From Octopus sinensis (taxonomy: Eukaryota): 64,000 nt of DNA. The notes below the pieces were generated by a model that saw nothing but the letters and a program-made list of their open reading frames with translations, did not search any database and was not told the DNA's origin. The position numbers were made by a program, and so were the translations under genes. Every line of letters starts with the position of its first letter. Position 1 is the first letter of the stretch. Shown here piece by piece: positions 10,927 through 24,873 of this stretch. The stretch covers positions 18,290,001 through 18,354,000 of the forward strand of contig NC_043006.1 in NCBI RefSeq assembly GCF_006345805.1, given 5' to 3'.

Positions 10927-12863
10927 TCTTTATTCACCATAAGGTTGAGAAAAAGAGGGGACAATACGTTGACAGACAAAACAAACGTTGGGGTCAGGGT
11001 ATCTGCTGCACTCGCAAAATTTAATTTTTGACTTTCCCGCTTGTGTCGTAGTCTCGCTAGACATATTGTCGTCTGCTTTTGTAACGCTCGCGTGAGACGC
11101 CTCTATACTTTTACCTTCCTCCTCCCACATTTTCGCCTTCAAACAAAATTTCAAAGTTTTCCTCCGACTCGGAAGAAATTGGTGGCAAATTCATGCTTTT
11201 TGCCGCTTCCCCCTTGAAACATGGGGGGAAAGAACAGCAAAACTCTGCTGCAACAGCAGAAAAGAAGTGGTCTTGACGACCAAAACAGCAAATTTTCACA
11301 ATTTTCAGCACAAAAACAATCTTTCACTGCGGAGCAAAGAATAACACAACCGATCAGAGAGAGAGAGAGGGGAGGGAGTCAGATAGAGAGAGGTGGGAGA
11401 AAGGGGAAGGAGGGAGTGGAGAGAGAGAGAGAGAGAGAAAGATTCCTATTAAAATGCTGGGGCCGCAAGCTGTCAGAGTAGAATCCAGATAGTGGTCTAA
11501 GGGAGACAATCTTTTGCTTTTGACCTTAGTCCTAGAGAGATAGGGGGAGTCAGATAGAGAGAGAGGGGGAGGGAGCCAGATCGAGAGAGAAGGGGAGGGA
11601 GTCAGATAGATAGAGAGAGAGAGAGAGATTCCTATTGAAATGCTGGAGCGGTCTAAGGGAGACAATCTTTTGCTTTTGACCTTAGTCCTAGAGAGAGAGA
11701 GGGGGAGGAAGTCAGATCGAGAGAGAGAGGGGGAGGGAGTCAGATAGAGAGAGGGAGGGAGTGAGATAGAGAGTTACCGTTGTCAAGGTAAACATGTAAA
11801 CTGTTGAATTCGCTTGGCTTGACCTACAGACTTAAAAATTAATTTTTTGTAAGTAAAACACTTTCAAACTTCGTGGAGTAGTCTGAGTATATATAAAATT
11901 AGTGTTTTAATTATTTTCCATTGTTTGCATTGCTTTATAGAATTTGAAACTTATTCGTTGCTAAGGTAAACAAACAATCCCCTTATCGTAAATTCGCTTG
12001 GCATCGTACACAGCTTTTTCAGTTCCCTAGAATTATATTTGAAACAAAATAAAAAGAAAAAGATTCATACGCATAAATATCCATCCTTAGACATCAGAAA
12101 GATTAGAAATGCCCTCATGCTTTCCGAAATCCGCCGAAACTACACCTGATTATATATACACTTTAGATGAGTTGTAGTGCACCTGAGCACTGTACACAAT
12201 GTTTTATTATTATTATTATTATTATTTAAAAATTTGGCAATCTTTCGTCTCTAGTAGACCTTTCCGTCGATTTCCGTAAAAAAATTTTTTTTTTTTACAT
12301 ATGGGCTTGCGGGAACTTTTGAAGTAATGAGAGCGAAAGAGACTAAGAGAAAGCGATTGTATGACGAGGGAAGTTCTTTTGAAGTTACCGTCCAGGGGAA
12401 GCATTGATGTACATGTGTGTGTGTGTGTTTGATGGGGTGTGGGAGACAGACAGTATGTTGTGTAAGTGAAGTGCTTCTGTTAGTGTGTGTGAAGAGACAG
12501 AGAGAGTAATGTGTCTCTTTCGCTCTCATTACTTCAAAAGTTCCCGCAAGCCCATATGTAAAAAAAAATAACATTTTTTACGGAAATCGACGGAAAGGTC
12601 TACTAGAGACGAAAGATAGCCAAAAATTTAAAATACCGGATCTTTACCTTTTGACCTACAGATTTAAAAAATAATTTTTTCTGACTAAACACTTTCAAAC
12701 TTCGTGGAGTATATATAAAATTTGTGTAGATCCTAAATAGCTAAATTCTTTTTGAAAGTCTGAGTATATATAAAATGAGTGTTTAGATTATTTTCCATTG
12801 TTTGCATTGCTTACGCAATATTTATTTTTATACACACACACACACATGTATACAAACATATGC

Positions 12864-12907
<44 letters not shown>

Positions 12908-13539
12908 TGTGTACAGTGCTCAGGTGCACTACAACTCATCTAAAGTGTATATATAATCAGGTGTAGTTTCGGCGGATTTCGGAAAGCATGAGGGCTTTAA
13001 AGGATGCAGTGTATATATCTATATATATAGATATATACACCTATACACACATATTCTAATGCATATGCATATATGTATATATATTTATAATGTGTGTGTA
13101 TTATAGATGCATACATTATATATATATATAAAAGATGTTTACATACAATATATAGTCTATATTTATATTTATGTTCTATTATATGTATCCTACTTATTGT
13201 ATAACATTACTATTTTATGTACACTCCTTCATGTACACTGTTTTATCCTGCATTATTATGTTTAACCTTATAGTTTCTTATGTGGTGGTTTAATAAAGTA
13301 TGTGATTGAGTATTATCTGGTAATTGATATTTGATTTCGATGTATTTCTCCATTTTCTTATTTTGTATTATGAATTTGTGGTAAAACATTTTACCTTTGC
13401 CCATATAATACAATAAACGAATTAATTGTATCGCAATTCTTAACATTTATGTATTAACTTTGTTGGGTACCTCACTAGCAGTATATTGGATATATGGTAT
13501 CCCATGGTGGGTTGCATTTACAACCCCTGTCTCAATTTG

Positions 13540-13578
<39 letters not shown>

Positions 13579-13786
13579 CTCTTTTACTTGTTTCAGTCAT
13601 TTGACTGCGGCCATGCTGGAGCACCGCCTTTAGTCGAGGAAAATCGACCCCGGGACTTATTCTTTGTAAGTCCAGTACTTATTCTATCGGTCTCCTTTGC
13701 CGAACCGCTAAGTGACGGGGACGCAAACACACTAGCATCGGTTGTCAAGCAATGCTAGGGGAACAAACACAGACACACAAACACAT

Positions 13787-13821
<35 letters not shown>

Positions 13822-14656
13822 CGACAGGCTTCTTTCAGTATCTGTGTACCAAATCCACTCACAAGGCTTTGATCGGCCCGGGGCTATATTAGAAGACATT
13901 TGCCCAAGGTGCCACGCAATGGGACTGAACCCGGAACCATGCGGTTGGTTAGTAAGCTACTTACCACACAGCCACTCCTGCACCTAAGTGAAAGAACTCT
14001 GGCCGAAATAAGATTAAGATATGTATATATATATTGTTTTTTTTTTTCGATTTGATTTATTATTATTATTACTAGTATCGTTGTTATACATACAAGCATA
14101 TGTAATGATAATAATAAGTGGATGTAAACACATGAACAAAATAAGAATAAACAAAAACAACAACAACGAAAACAAAATACTAATTACATGAACGTATATA
14201 AACAGAAGATACAAATATCACAGGCATCCCCCCACATACACACACTAAATAAACATAGACGCACATAGAGATATAAGCATGCACAAATGAAGACATACAA
14301 TAGAAATACAAAATGGCTGACGGTTAGTAAGGAGAGACACAAATAAGAAAGAAGAAAACAAAGGACCACTGATGCGGTCACAGGAGTGTGACGAAAGAAC
14401 TCTGGCCGAAATAAGATTAAGATTAATGTAAAAAATAAATAACACTGAAGCAAAATAACACCAAATATATTGGGAAGATAATAAAGTAGTGGTGATCCCA
14501 AAATGAAGGTGCACGTGTGTGTGTATATGAGAGCATATATGGGTGTGTGGATGATGGTGTGGGTGCTGGGAAGTAGTCAGTGCTAGTGTGTGCATGGTGG
14601 TGTGGTGTGGAGGGACAGGTGAGAGTGGGGAAAGCAAGGGTGGGTTGTGGGTTAGG

Positions 14657-14702
<46 letters not shown>

Positions 14703-14897
14703 GGCAAGTAAAAAACAAAAATAGGAAAAACAACACAATTCAAAAGGATGTACACAGCGAATATATGAGATTGATGCTCAGAGAAAGTAAGATGGAAAAA
14801 AGATGGGGGTGTGACATTTCAAGCATGGTTCTTTGTCAGAAAGGAAAGCGTAAAATGACTGGAGAGAAGGAAAAGGATAGTCCGAGAAAAGCATATA

Positions 14898-15294
14898 TCT
14901 TTATATATAAAAGTAAGGTTGTGTGCTGTCTGTCTCCTACGATTTATATTCCTAACTACTCCCACATTTTGTGGTGCAGTTTAACCAAAACCGGGTATCT
15001 TATAGTTGTGATTCATATCGAGCCCTTCTGGGTATAAGCGCGCGTCTACGATGAGGCTATGATTTAAAAAAAAATTTACCTTCAATTTTTCCCATTTTTA
15101 ATGCATTTTTGGCATATATAAGGGAAGTAACTCTCTAAAAATTTATTATTAAATCTCAGAACGTAAAAAGCTACAGTAACACCCCCCCCTTTTGTGGTTA
15201 GCCATATTGAGATGGCTATTATACTTTACATCTCTAAAAATGCTTATATAGTTATTTCCCTTACAAACCCGAGCAACGCCGGGCGATACTGCTA

Positions 15295-15295
<1 letters not shown>
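14898..15295 (+). mobile_element. Non-autonomous Helitron-like element
   Basis: 5' TC, subterminal GC-rich hairpin cccgagcaacgccggg, 3' CTAG, A|T flanks; related copies at 16589-16961(+), 40107-40483(+), 57262-57656(-), 60361-61063(-). Confidence 0.7.
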
Positions 15296-15346
<51 letters not shown>

Positions 15347-16415
15347 AATTATTTTCTTGTTAATTAATGATTCCTATCAATATAAATATTCCCCCACTAC
15401 ATGTCTACTATTACATGTCTTAAAAAAGAAACAAAAATCTCATTGTTTTGGGCGAATGATTCAACCATTATGAAACCAAAGATTTTTTACCGTTGTCTCT
15501 GAAGGCAGCTGTGCACCTCACCAACCCCCCACCCGTCCCACTTTACATGACACATTCACTTGCATTCTTTTATTTATTCTGATCTCCCACCCAAAGAATA
15601 TTCATCCTAATAATTTCCATGACTTTTGTTTTGGGTGAACTTCTACTTAGAAGGAAATTCCATTTATGCATGTATGCATATATTTACACCGAGAAAAATC
15701 ATTTAACATTGTCTTTACATTTGGATGTTTATCATTAAAAAATGTTTTGAAACCTAGAATTGTTTCTTCTTTTATTAATTTCAGTCAGTGTGCTATGACC
15801 ATGCTCAGGCACTGTCTTTGGGTGTCTTTCATTGACCCTATCAATAGAGATAATTTCAAACATAGGGCAGGGTCCCATTTTAACGATGCCTGTTCATTGA
15901 AAGTAACCTTTGATAGCCTAGTATACTAGAGCAGTAAACATGTAAATGAACACACACACATACACACAAACACATCTTGCGGGCTTCTTCATAGAATCAT
16001 TCTCCCAATTTGACTCACATGACATTGATCAACCTAAGACTACAGTAAAAGACACTTACCCAATATACCACACAGCAGAATTGAACCCAGAAACCCATGG
16101 GTGTGAAGCAAATTTTTCAACCACAAAGCTATCCTTTATATATATTTTTATCAAAATTCTTTTGTTTAAAAGAAAAAGATCAAAGCCTTTTAATTTTTTC
16201 TTCTTTATTATGAAAATGTCCTGTGTAAGTTATCTGGCGTTAGTATTGACTGGGGTTGGAAGTTTCTAGTACAAGAAAATTAAAGGGGATAAGTTCAGCT
16301 AGGAATATTATCTTTGTCACATATTCTACTGGAACTTGTAAATTATAACATGTTTCATGTACTAACAAAATTTGTAAATAATTTCAATATTCATTTCATC
16401 CAGTATTGATTAAAG

Positions 16416-18360
16416 CAGTGATTCCCAATGTGGTCCCTGAAACCTACCAGTGGTCCCCAGAGAATTCGGAGCCATAAAAAATTGAAGCCATTTCAGATCT
16501 ACACAATATTGTTCGATAATAAAGACACTGTTAGTTAATAATAATTTATATGAAGACAGAATAATAATAAGAAAACAAAATTCAGTAATCTCTCTCTATA
16601 TAAACGGCAGTTTGTCTGTGTGTTTCTGTGTGTCTGTTAGCTTGTACCCTCACCCTGACTACAGCTTTCAACCGATTCTGATGAAACTTAACACACACAT
16701 AGCCCAATGTCATAATTCAAAACTAACGCAGAGAAAATTTCGAAAAGTTCCCCCAGTTCTGAAAAACATCGATAAATTCGACATGGGGTCGAGAATCAGA
16801 AACACAAACCACAGACTGTCTAGGGGACGCAACTCGACCGTTTTAACTCTCAAAAAAAAATTTACCATAATTTTTTTTCCATTTTTTGGGCTATAACTCT
16901 CTAAAAATGCTTTATAGTTATTTCCCTTACAAACCTGAGCAACGCCGGGCGATCCTGCTAGTTATTCCATAAGAATCAATAATGTATAATATATATTACA
17001 ATCAAGAATTACATAATTTAAATTTTATAATCACAACAGTTTCATAATAAATTCAATATTTTTAATAGATCACTATATAATATTGTTTAATAATAAATTT
17101 GATACTTTAAATTTATAGAAATAAAATATTTATTATTTTAATTTTTTTTATGATCAGTTGTAATAATATCTGAACCAACTGCTAAAAAGGCAAAACTGAA
17201 GAAATACAAAGAAGATTTTATCGTGTTTGGTTTTGTATCTGTAGACTCAAAACCTATGTATCTTGAATGTAATGCCATCATGACAAATTATTCCATGAAG
17301 AAAGTTAAGCTGGAGCAGCACCAGAAATTAAGGCATCCATCATCTGTTGGTAAAGGTCGGGAATATTTTGAGAATAAAAAGAAAATACAGCTAATCAAAC
17401 TACCTGACTGTAAAGAAGATAAATATTGAAAAAGTAAAGACACTCAAACCAAGTTATTTGGCTTCTGAAATTATTGCCAAGGTTGCAGCACCTCAGATTT
17501 AAGGTGAGAATCTTGTCAAGCCTGCTATGATAGCTTGTGCAAATGAGGTTCTGGGAAAAGATGCTGAACCTACTCTGAGTACAATTCCACTTTCAAATAA
17601 CACAATTACAAGAAGACAGGATGAAATGTCTAATTTTGTTGAGGAGAAAGAAGATTGTGGAAATTCTCCAAACGCCCAATTTTTCTATCCAGGTTGATGA
17701 TAGCACAATTCATAACCAAGTTATCCTTCTGGTCTATGTCAGATTCAACCATGAAGATGATATAAGGGAAGAAATGTTATTCATTAAAAGTTTTTTTTAA
17801 ACAACTAATGGAGAAGATATATTCAATGAAGTAATGCAGTATTTTAATGATAAAAATATTCCATCGACTAATTTGATCAACACTGCATCAGATGGAGCTG
17901 CAGCCATGACTGGAAAAGTGAAAGGCTTTGTTTCTAGAATGAAATCAGTTGCTCCTCACATTTTAAATATATGTTGCATTATCCACAGACAGCATGTGGT
18001 TGCTAAGAATATTGGAGGACACATGGAAAATGCACTCAACACTTCCATACATACAAATAACATTGTCAAATCAAACTGTGAATAATAGATTTTTATGTAA
18101 TTCTGTGAAGATGAAGATTTTAAAACCCTATTGCTTCACACAGAAGTAAGATGGGTCAAAAGGCCTGAGCCTTGAAAGACTAGTGAATTTGTGGGAGCCA
18201 TTAATTCACTTTTTCATGTTCAAGAGTCAGATGACTCATTACAACTCCAAGACAAGCTGATACAGCTAAGAAAATTTTGGAAAGACTTTCTGAGTTTTAA
18301 AAAAATATTATACTTGAGTGATATTTTTAAAACAGTGAATCTGCTTAACTGCAAGGTAGA
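16416..18360 (+). mobile_element. Decayed hAT (Buster/Charlie-like) transposon with nested Helitron-like insertion
   Basis: CAGTGATTCCCAA-type terminus at 16416; transposase fragments ..MKKVKLEQHQKLRHP.., ..SDGAAAMTGKVKGFVSRMK....CIIHRQH..; stops and frameshifts. Confidence 0.8.
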
Positions 18361-19791
18361 AAATCAGATTTGGTCACCTGTATACTGCTAGTATACATAT
18401 ATACTAGCAGTAAAACCCATTGTTGATCAGGTAATTACTTTGACTGTTTATCGAGAGCCACATTTAAAGTATTATATGTATAATTTACTTCTCCTGTATG
18501 TGTGTATTTTTATAAGAGAAAACCATGTAATAATTGAAGTAGAAGAAAGATTAATATCATACATGAACTTGTGTTTGTTTATGATAGCTAAGGCGGTGAT
18601 AGACAGCTAATGCGTGCATGAATGCGATGCGATCTCTGCCCAGTATGCCGAAGTGAAGAATGCATTAAGTAAATAAAAAGCAAGCGATTATTAGAGAGCA
18701 ATAGCCGCCTTAGCCACGTGCATAAACGCAATGCGTCCGTGTGTTACGTATGCTACCGGACACACACTCGTGGGCGATATCGCCGCCGAGATGACAGCTT
18801 TTCGATCGATCTTGTCGCCAGCCGCCAACTCTTTGCTCGCTCCAAACGCTATTGCTCTCTACTACAAATCGCTTGTCTGCACCCAACTTTATTACTAATA
18901 TAATCATCGTCGTTGTCATCATCATCATCATCATCATCATCAATTAACGTCCGTTTTCCATGATGGCATGGGTTGGACAGTTTGACTGAAGTCTTGGAGA
19001 GCCAGCTGCTGCAACAGACTCCAATCTAGTCTAGCATAATTTTCTACATCTAAATGCCCTTCCTAACGCCAACTATTCTGAGAGTGTAGTAGGTGTTCTT
19101 TATGTCTCATCAGCACAGGAGCCAGCTAGCGGGTCACCGGCCCCCAGCTATGGTATTGGTTTTACTTGACTCAAGCATACTGCAAGCTTACGCATGTCCT
19201 CGGCATTCATAGCCCATGTTTCACTACCGTATAGCATGGCAGTTCACACACATGCATCATACGGCAAATGAACCCCAGGACTTATTCTTTGTAAGCTTAG
19301 TACTTATTCTATCGGTCTCTTTTGCTGAATCGCTAAGTTACCAGCATCGATTGTCAAGCGATGTTGGGGGGGACAAACACACACACACACATATATACAT
19401 ATATACGATGGACTTCTTTCAGTTTCCGTCTACCAAGTCCACTCACAAGGCTTTTGGTCGGCCCGAGGCTATAGTAAAAGACACTTGCCCGCGGTTCCAC
19501 GCAGTGGGACTGAACCCAGAACCATGTGGCTGGTAAGCAAGCTACTTACCACACAGCCACTCCTGCACCTATTTATGTTTATTCAGAATCACAGTTATAT
19601 TTCCCTTCTTTTACTCAAGCTTTAAAATTTCAAATTAAATGAATAACAACTTTTTTTGATTTAACATACTTTCATTTGTACATTTCTAAATGGTATTTCA
19701 ACAACTTTATACAGATCTCTTCAAAAATTTAATTTCCATTATTCTATCCATTTAGTTTACCAAACCTTGACCTTCACATCTCCCACCAAAA

Positions 19792-19877
19792 ATGTCTGTG
19801 AATGACTCACCAATAGATGACAAATTCTTTGAGAGCAACATAGAAGAAAACCAATCTGAAGAATCAGATATATTTGA
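19792..19877 (+). CDS. Candidate first coding exon of TTC23-like gene (MSVNDSPIDDKFFESNIEENQSEESDIF + 2 nt)
   Basis: AAAAATG context, open acidic frame, GTGAGT donor at 19878 in phase 2 matching the phase-2 start of the exon at 35137; possible acceptor (catttag) at 19755. No homology support for this low-complexity peptide. Confidence 0.5.
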
Positions 19878-20002
19878 GTGAGTAAAGGTTTTGTCAAATT
19901 TGGTTCTCATTGGAAACTTTTAGATGCTTTTGTAAAGGGAACTAGTTGCTTCTTTACACTTTTGGGGTGCAACTTAGGTGCAACACAATTTCCTTCTTTA
20001 GA

Positions 20003-20421
20003 TTCCAGAAACTTCCAGTCATGAACAAGAACACAACCTTAAAAAAATATATATCTCTTTATTTTCTTATTTACAAAAGAAATTCGTTGGTATCTTCGTA
20101 TCCACTAGGTGCGAAATAGCAAGGCTGAATTTTATCGTTTGTAAGCTTGTTACAACAATTCAGCAGCACAGAACAGGTATTCAACAGCAACAGAGCAGGT
20201 CATCTTGGCGCTATTAAGGAAAACGCCCTAGTAACTGTCCCCTTCAGTCTCTAGCGCATGCGCTTGAGGGAACATCCCTATGCCTTTCCAGAAGGTTCTA
20301 GAAGGTTCTAGAAGGTTCCAACCCCGCACATGCGCACTGAAGAAGGACGATCCGCACACGCACACTGAAGAATGACGTTGCATGTGCGCACACTGGAATA
20401 TGACGTCACTACACTTTTATA
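20003..20421. promoter_or_regulatory. Promoter/enhancer-like cluster: heat-shock elements, NRF1 palindrome, CRE
   Basis: TTCcaGAAggTTCtaGAAggTTCtaGAAggTTC at 20286-20318 (7 alternating nGAAn units); TTCcaGAAacTTC at 20003-20015; GCGCATGCGC at 20254-20263; TGACGTCA at 20401-20408; locally CpG-rich sequence not recognised as a repeat family. Confidence 0.6.
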
Positions 20422-21109
20422 ATGGTCTGGGTCACACAACAACATCTGTTAATATATTTCAAACAAAGTTCTAAACATGAAAATATTGTTTAAAATCTTG
20501 GTTTAACTCTTAAGCATTCAGATTCAAATGTAATGCTAATTTATTCACATTGTTTTGAATTAATCATACATTATCTCATAGCTTTGAGATTTTGATGAGG
20601 TGATTGTTTAATTTTAGAATGACAATGTAGGGTATATGTAAATGGAAGGATTTGGCTAGTTTAAATTTAAAACGTAGAATATTTTGGGTTGGATATGGCC
20701 AGTTTCAATGCTAAATGGTTAACGTAACCTTATAATGACCTTTGACTTGGTACATTACCACGCTTGGAATGGAACTTTCATGCTTATTTCTTAATGTGAA
20801 ATGCAATATAGATTTCTTTATTAGCCATGTAGGACTAAACACAGAGGGAACAATACAATGTAGAATTTTTAACTTTTTCGAAATCGATCAAAAGGGAATG
20901 AAAGACCTTCTTTTGGATGTGTAAACTGGGAAATAACACAAAAGTCGTTGTTAACAATAAGAGTTCCCAATAAGTGGAGGAAATATAACATTAACTAGGT
21001 TTATCCATGGAAAAAAATATCCTATATAAAGGAACCATGGTAACCTCGGTAACAAAAAGGAAAAACATTAACATGAGAGCAAGGTGCTCTTTCTCTCTTT
21101 GTTTTATAG

Positions 21110-21600
21110 GTTCATGCTGAAGGTGGTTCCATCATTTATTTGTACCATCCTTGCCACATTCATCCACCTTTTGCTGAACCTTTCATTAGACAAAACTCCC
21201 CTCTCTATTCTCACCTTCCTCTTCAAGTGATACTTGAAGAAGTTGATGAGAGGAAAGAGTTTGTCTCTAAACCTATCACACACATTCTTTCACCATAGCC
21301 ACCAGTACAAGGGAAACTGCCTTGCTTTCCTGCTTAAAGGTAGCAATATTCACAAAAGACTCTGCTGACAACTGAATTCATCCCATACATGACAGCAGCC
21401 ATTCGACATAAGCCCACAGGTCTGAAATGTTTGGACATTGCACGAATGTGTGCTGAATGGTTTCATCATTCTGACCGCATCTTGGGCAAGTTAGTCCAGT
21501 GTTTCTTGAACAGTGCCTGTTTAGTCCAAGTCATCTCTGATCTTAGTAGACTTATAATCAAAGGCATTTCAGTCATGACCATCCCATTAATTTTTATAAC
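21110..21600 (-). mobile_element. L1/Tx1-group LINE ORF2 C-terminal fragment
   Basis: TCPRCGQNDETIQHTFVQCPNISDLW CCHC zinc-knuckle motif on the minus strand. Confidence 0.6.
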
Positions 21601-22164
21601 TATTTATCGGATTGTGCAGTCCAACTCATCTTTCCTATTTAACCCTTTAGTGTTCGCATTATTCTGCCAAAATTAATGCTTATACATCTACATTGTTTTG
21701 AACTAATCATGCATTATCTTGTAGCTATGAGATTTTGATGAGGTAGCTGTTAATTTTTAAAACGATATTGTAGGGTTGGTGTGAGAGACCAGATCTGGTC
21801 AGTTTGAACATAAAACAGGCAGAATACTTTTGGCCGGATATGGCCGGTTTAAATGCTAAAGGATTAAAGATGTCAGACTGTTATTTGAGAATATTTGGCA
21901 CCTTTTTCTAGCAGGTTTATTGATTGCTTAGAGGCTGCCTCATTCTCTTTAAAAAGAGTAAGGGACTGGCACTTTGGTTCAGTTGTTGTTGCTGTTGTTT
22001 AGCCTCCGACCAACCCTGAGGGTCAGTTACAACATGTTCTGTCCTGTTAGCCATTGGCTATTTATATGTTCATGTCCTGGTGTTAACTAAAGACAAGGAA
22101 TAACATTCAAGTTGGTATTGAAGTGTTCAGTTCCTTGTTGTGGTGATGCATATGTGTCTCTGTA

Positions 22165-22214
<50 letters not shown>

Positions 22215-23706
22215 CGTGCGTGTGTGTGTAAGTTAGTGTAAATACTGGTTTAAGTACTCTCAATAATTAAAGTTTATTTAATAGCCATAGGTCAACATTG
22301 ACTTATTCTCAAGTGGTGGGAGATTAATGCCCGATAGCTAAATAATAATGCTCTTCGGTCGGTTTATACTCATATCATTTTAATTATGTTAGTGAGCACT
22401 TTCATTGCGATTTGAATGTTTTAGTCAGTTTTATATTATTTATATTATTTGAGATGTCTTTAGATGAAATATTTGTTTGAATTTATTTTCTGTAATCAAT
22501 AGTTATTGATCTATGCTGATTTATCCCTATGTTGGGTTGTTTTAAGTCAATTGAAGCTTGATAGTTAAAGTGATATATTATTCTGCCAGTTTATGTTTGG
22601 TTCATTATAATTATGTTTACCTGTTCCAGAAATATATGTTATAGACTGTGCAGCAGCAATGACTGTGTTTTAATTAGTCTGTGTTTTTTAATTATTTTAT
22701 GTTTGAAGTTCTTGGTTGGTTATTCCTTAGGTTAGTATTATTTTCCATTTCACGTATTGGTAACATATTAGGTTCAGTAAATTTTGCTCAATATATTTAC
22801 TTTGCTAGTGTGATTGAAGTTGTATAATTCTTAAGGTAACAGTGTCCTTTTTGAAGATATTTCTGTTTTATGTTGTAGTTTGATCTCTGTGTTTCATAGT
22901 TACTGATATGGAATGCTTCATGTTTGAGGTTTGATATTTGTATTTGTCATAAAAAGCAGGTGTAGTTGTAATGGACATAATGCACTAATGTTTCCCTCTT
23001 CTGTTTTGTTCATTAATTCTTAAGCTGTGTTTATATTTGTAACACTGTTGACACCACCAAATTGAATGGTACTGCTCAGGTGTCAAAACCAGAATGATAT
23101 CCATTAGGCTGCTGATAGCAGGAATTTATGTTTGAAATGCTTGTGGTTTGTGAATACTTTACATCTTGTGTTTTCTTTGTTCTAACTTGTCCTTCCTTCT
23201 TGTTGGGTTGTTATTGTAACATTTCTTGCTTTCTTGGTTTATGGTGGTTCTGTTCTTTATATTAAACCACACACTGATAAAGCATGGTTGTCCTTTATTG
23301 GGATGCTGTTTATGACTAGGGTTATACTTATTTAAAGATTTCTGGTTTAGCGAGGGCTTGTTGCAAATATCTATATATTCTATTCTTGCCTCTTCATCTC
23401 TGCCCTGCATATTACTTGGTGACCCTACCAGTGTTTGATGCCACAGAAAAAAAAAACTGTCCCCACTCTAAAGTGGTTGGTGTTTTGAATGGCAGCCAGC
23501 CATAAAAACCATGCAAAAAACTGACCTTGCCTGTGCTTGTGCCACATGAAAAGCACTCAGTCCACTCTGCCGTGTGGTTAGTGCTAGGAAGGGCATCCAG
23601 CTGTAAAAACCCTGCCAAAACAGCCCCAGGAGTATAGTGCAGGATCCTGCCTAACCAGTTCCTATCAAACCATCCAACCCATGTCAGCCTGGAAGGCATA
23701 CATTAA

Positions 23707-23745
<39 letters not shown>

Positions 23746-24559
23746 CACACTCTCAATGGCATGCATGTGGGTATACACAGTGTGTGGAGGCACAATGGCC
23801 CAGTGGTTAGGGCAGCGGACTCGCAGTCATAGGATTGCGGTTTCGATTCCCAGACCAGGCGTTGTGAGTGTTTATTGAGCGAAAACACCTAAAGCTCCAC
23901 GAGGCTCCGGCAGGGGATGGTGGTGATCCCTGCTGTACTCTTTCACCACAACTTTCTCTCACTCTTACTTCCTGTTTCTGTTGTACCTGTATTTCAAAGG
24001 GCCGGCCTTGTCACTCTCTGTGTCACGCTGAATATCCCCGAGAACTACGTTAAGGGTACACGTGTCTGTGGAGTGCTCAGCCACTTACACGTTAATTTCA
24101 CGAGCAGGCTGTTCCGTTGATCAGATCAACCGGAACCCTTGTCATCGTAACCGACGGAGTGCTTCTATCTATATCGATGGCAAAGAGAGAGAAGGCTTAC
24201 ATTCATGGGCAATTGCATGTCTTCCTCAAAATCTCTGCATATAAATGTGTAGATGCATGGTCAGCCTCGATCAATTGAGGTTCGGTATTAAATAATAGTC
24301 TTCTTTTTTGAATGCAAATAAAATATATTAAATATGATTTTTTATAGGTGCAGGTATGACCCTGTTGTTAAAAGGCTTGCTTTGCAATCACATGGGTCTT
24401 GGGTTTAGTCCCACTGCGTTTCATCTTAGGTAAGTGTCTCCTACACTGAGCCCAAGTTGACCAATGGTTTGTGAGTGAATTTGATAATAAAAACTGCATG
24501 GAAGCCTGTCACACACATGCCTGTGTCTGTGCATGCATGCTCTCACATATCGTGTTTAT

Positions 24560-24603
<44 letters not shown>

Positions 24604-24615
24604 AATATGTATGTA

Positions 24616-24658
<43 letters not shown>

Positions 24659-24839
24659 ATAATAAATATTAGGGAATAAATCCAAATTTACAGGGAAAAA
24701 TCAGATTTAGGACTGAATCCAATTTTATAGTAAAATATTATATAATATTAATTAGAGACAAAACCACTATATAAAACGCACGCACGCATGCACGCACACA
24801 CACACACACACACATACATGTGCATACATGCATGCATAC

Positions 24840-24873
<34 letters not shown>

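Noticed and set aside
10930-11311. Minus-strand ORFs in a CpG-richer stretch
   Set aside because: No recognisable domain or splice signals; probably the 5' region of a transposon.
12580-12620. GGTC-loop-GAC-GAAA resembling a hammerhead
   Set aside because: Upstream core ACGGAAA does not fit any 3-8 pairing, and stem III is absent.
1-19700. Divergent partner gene such as LRRC28 (which I recall being head-to-head with TTC23 in human)
   Set aside because: I found no minus-strand exon with LRR or other convincing host-protein features.
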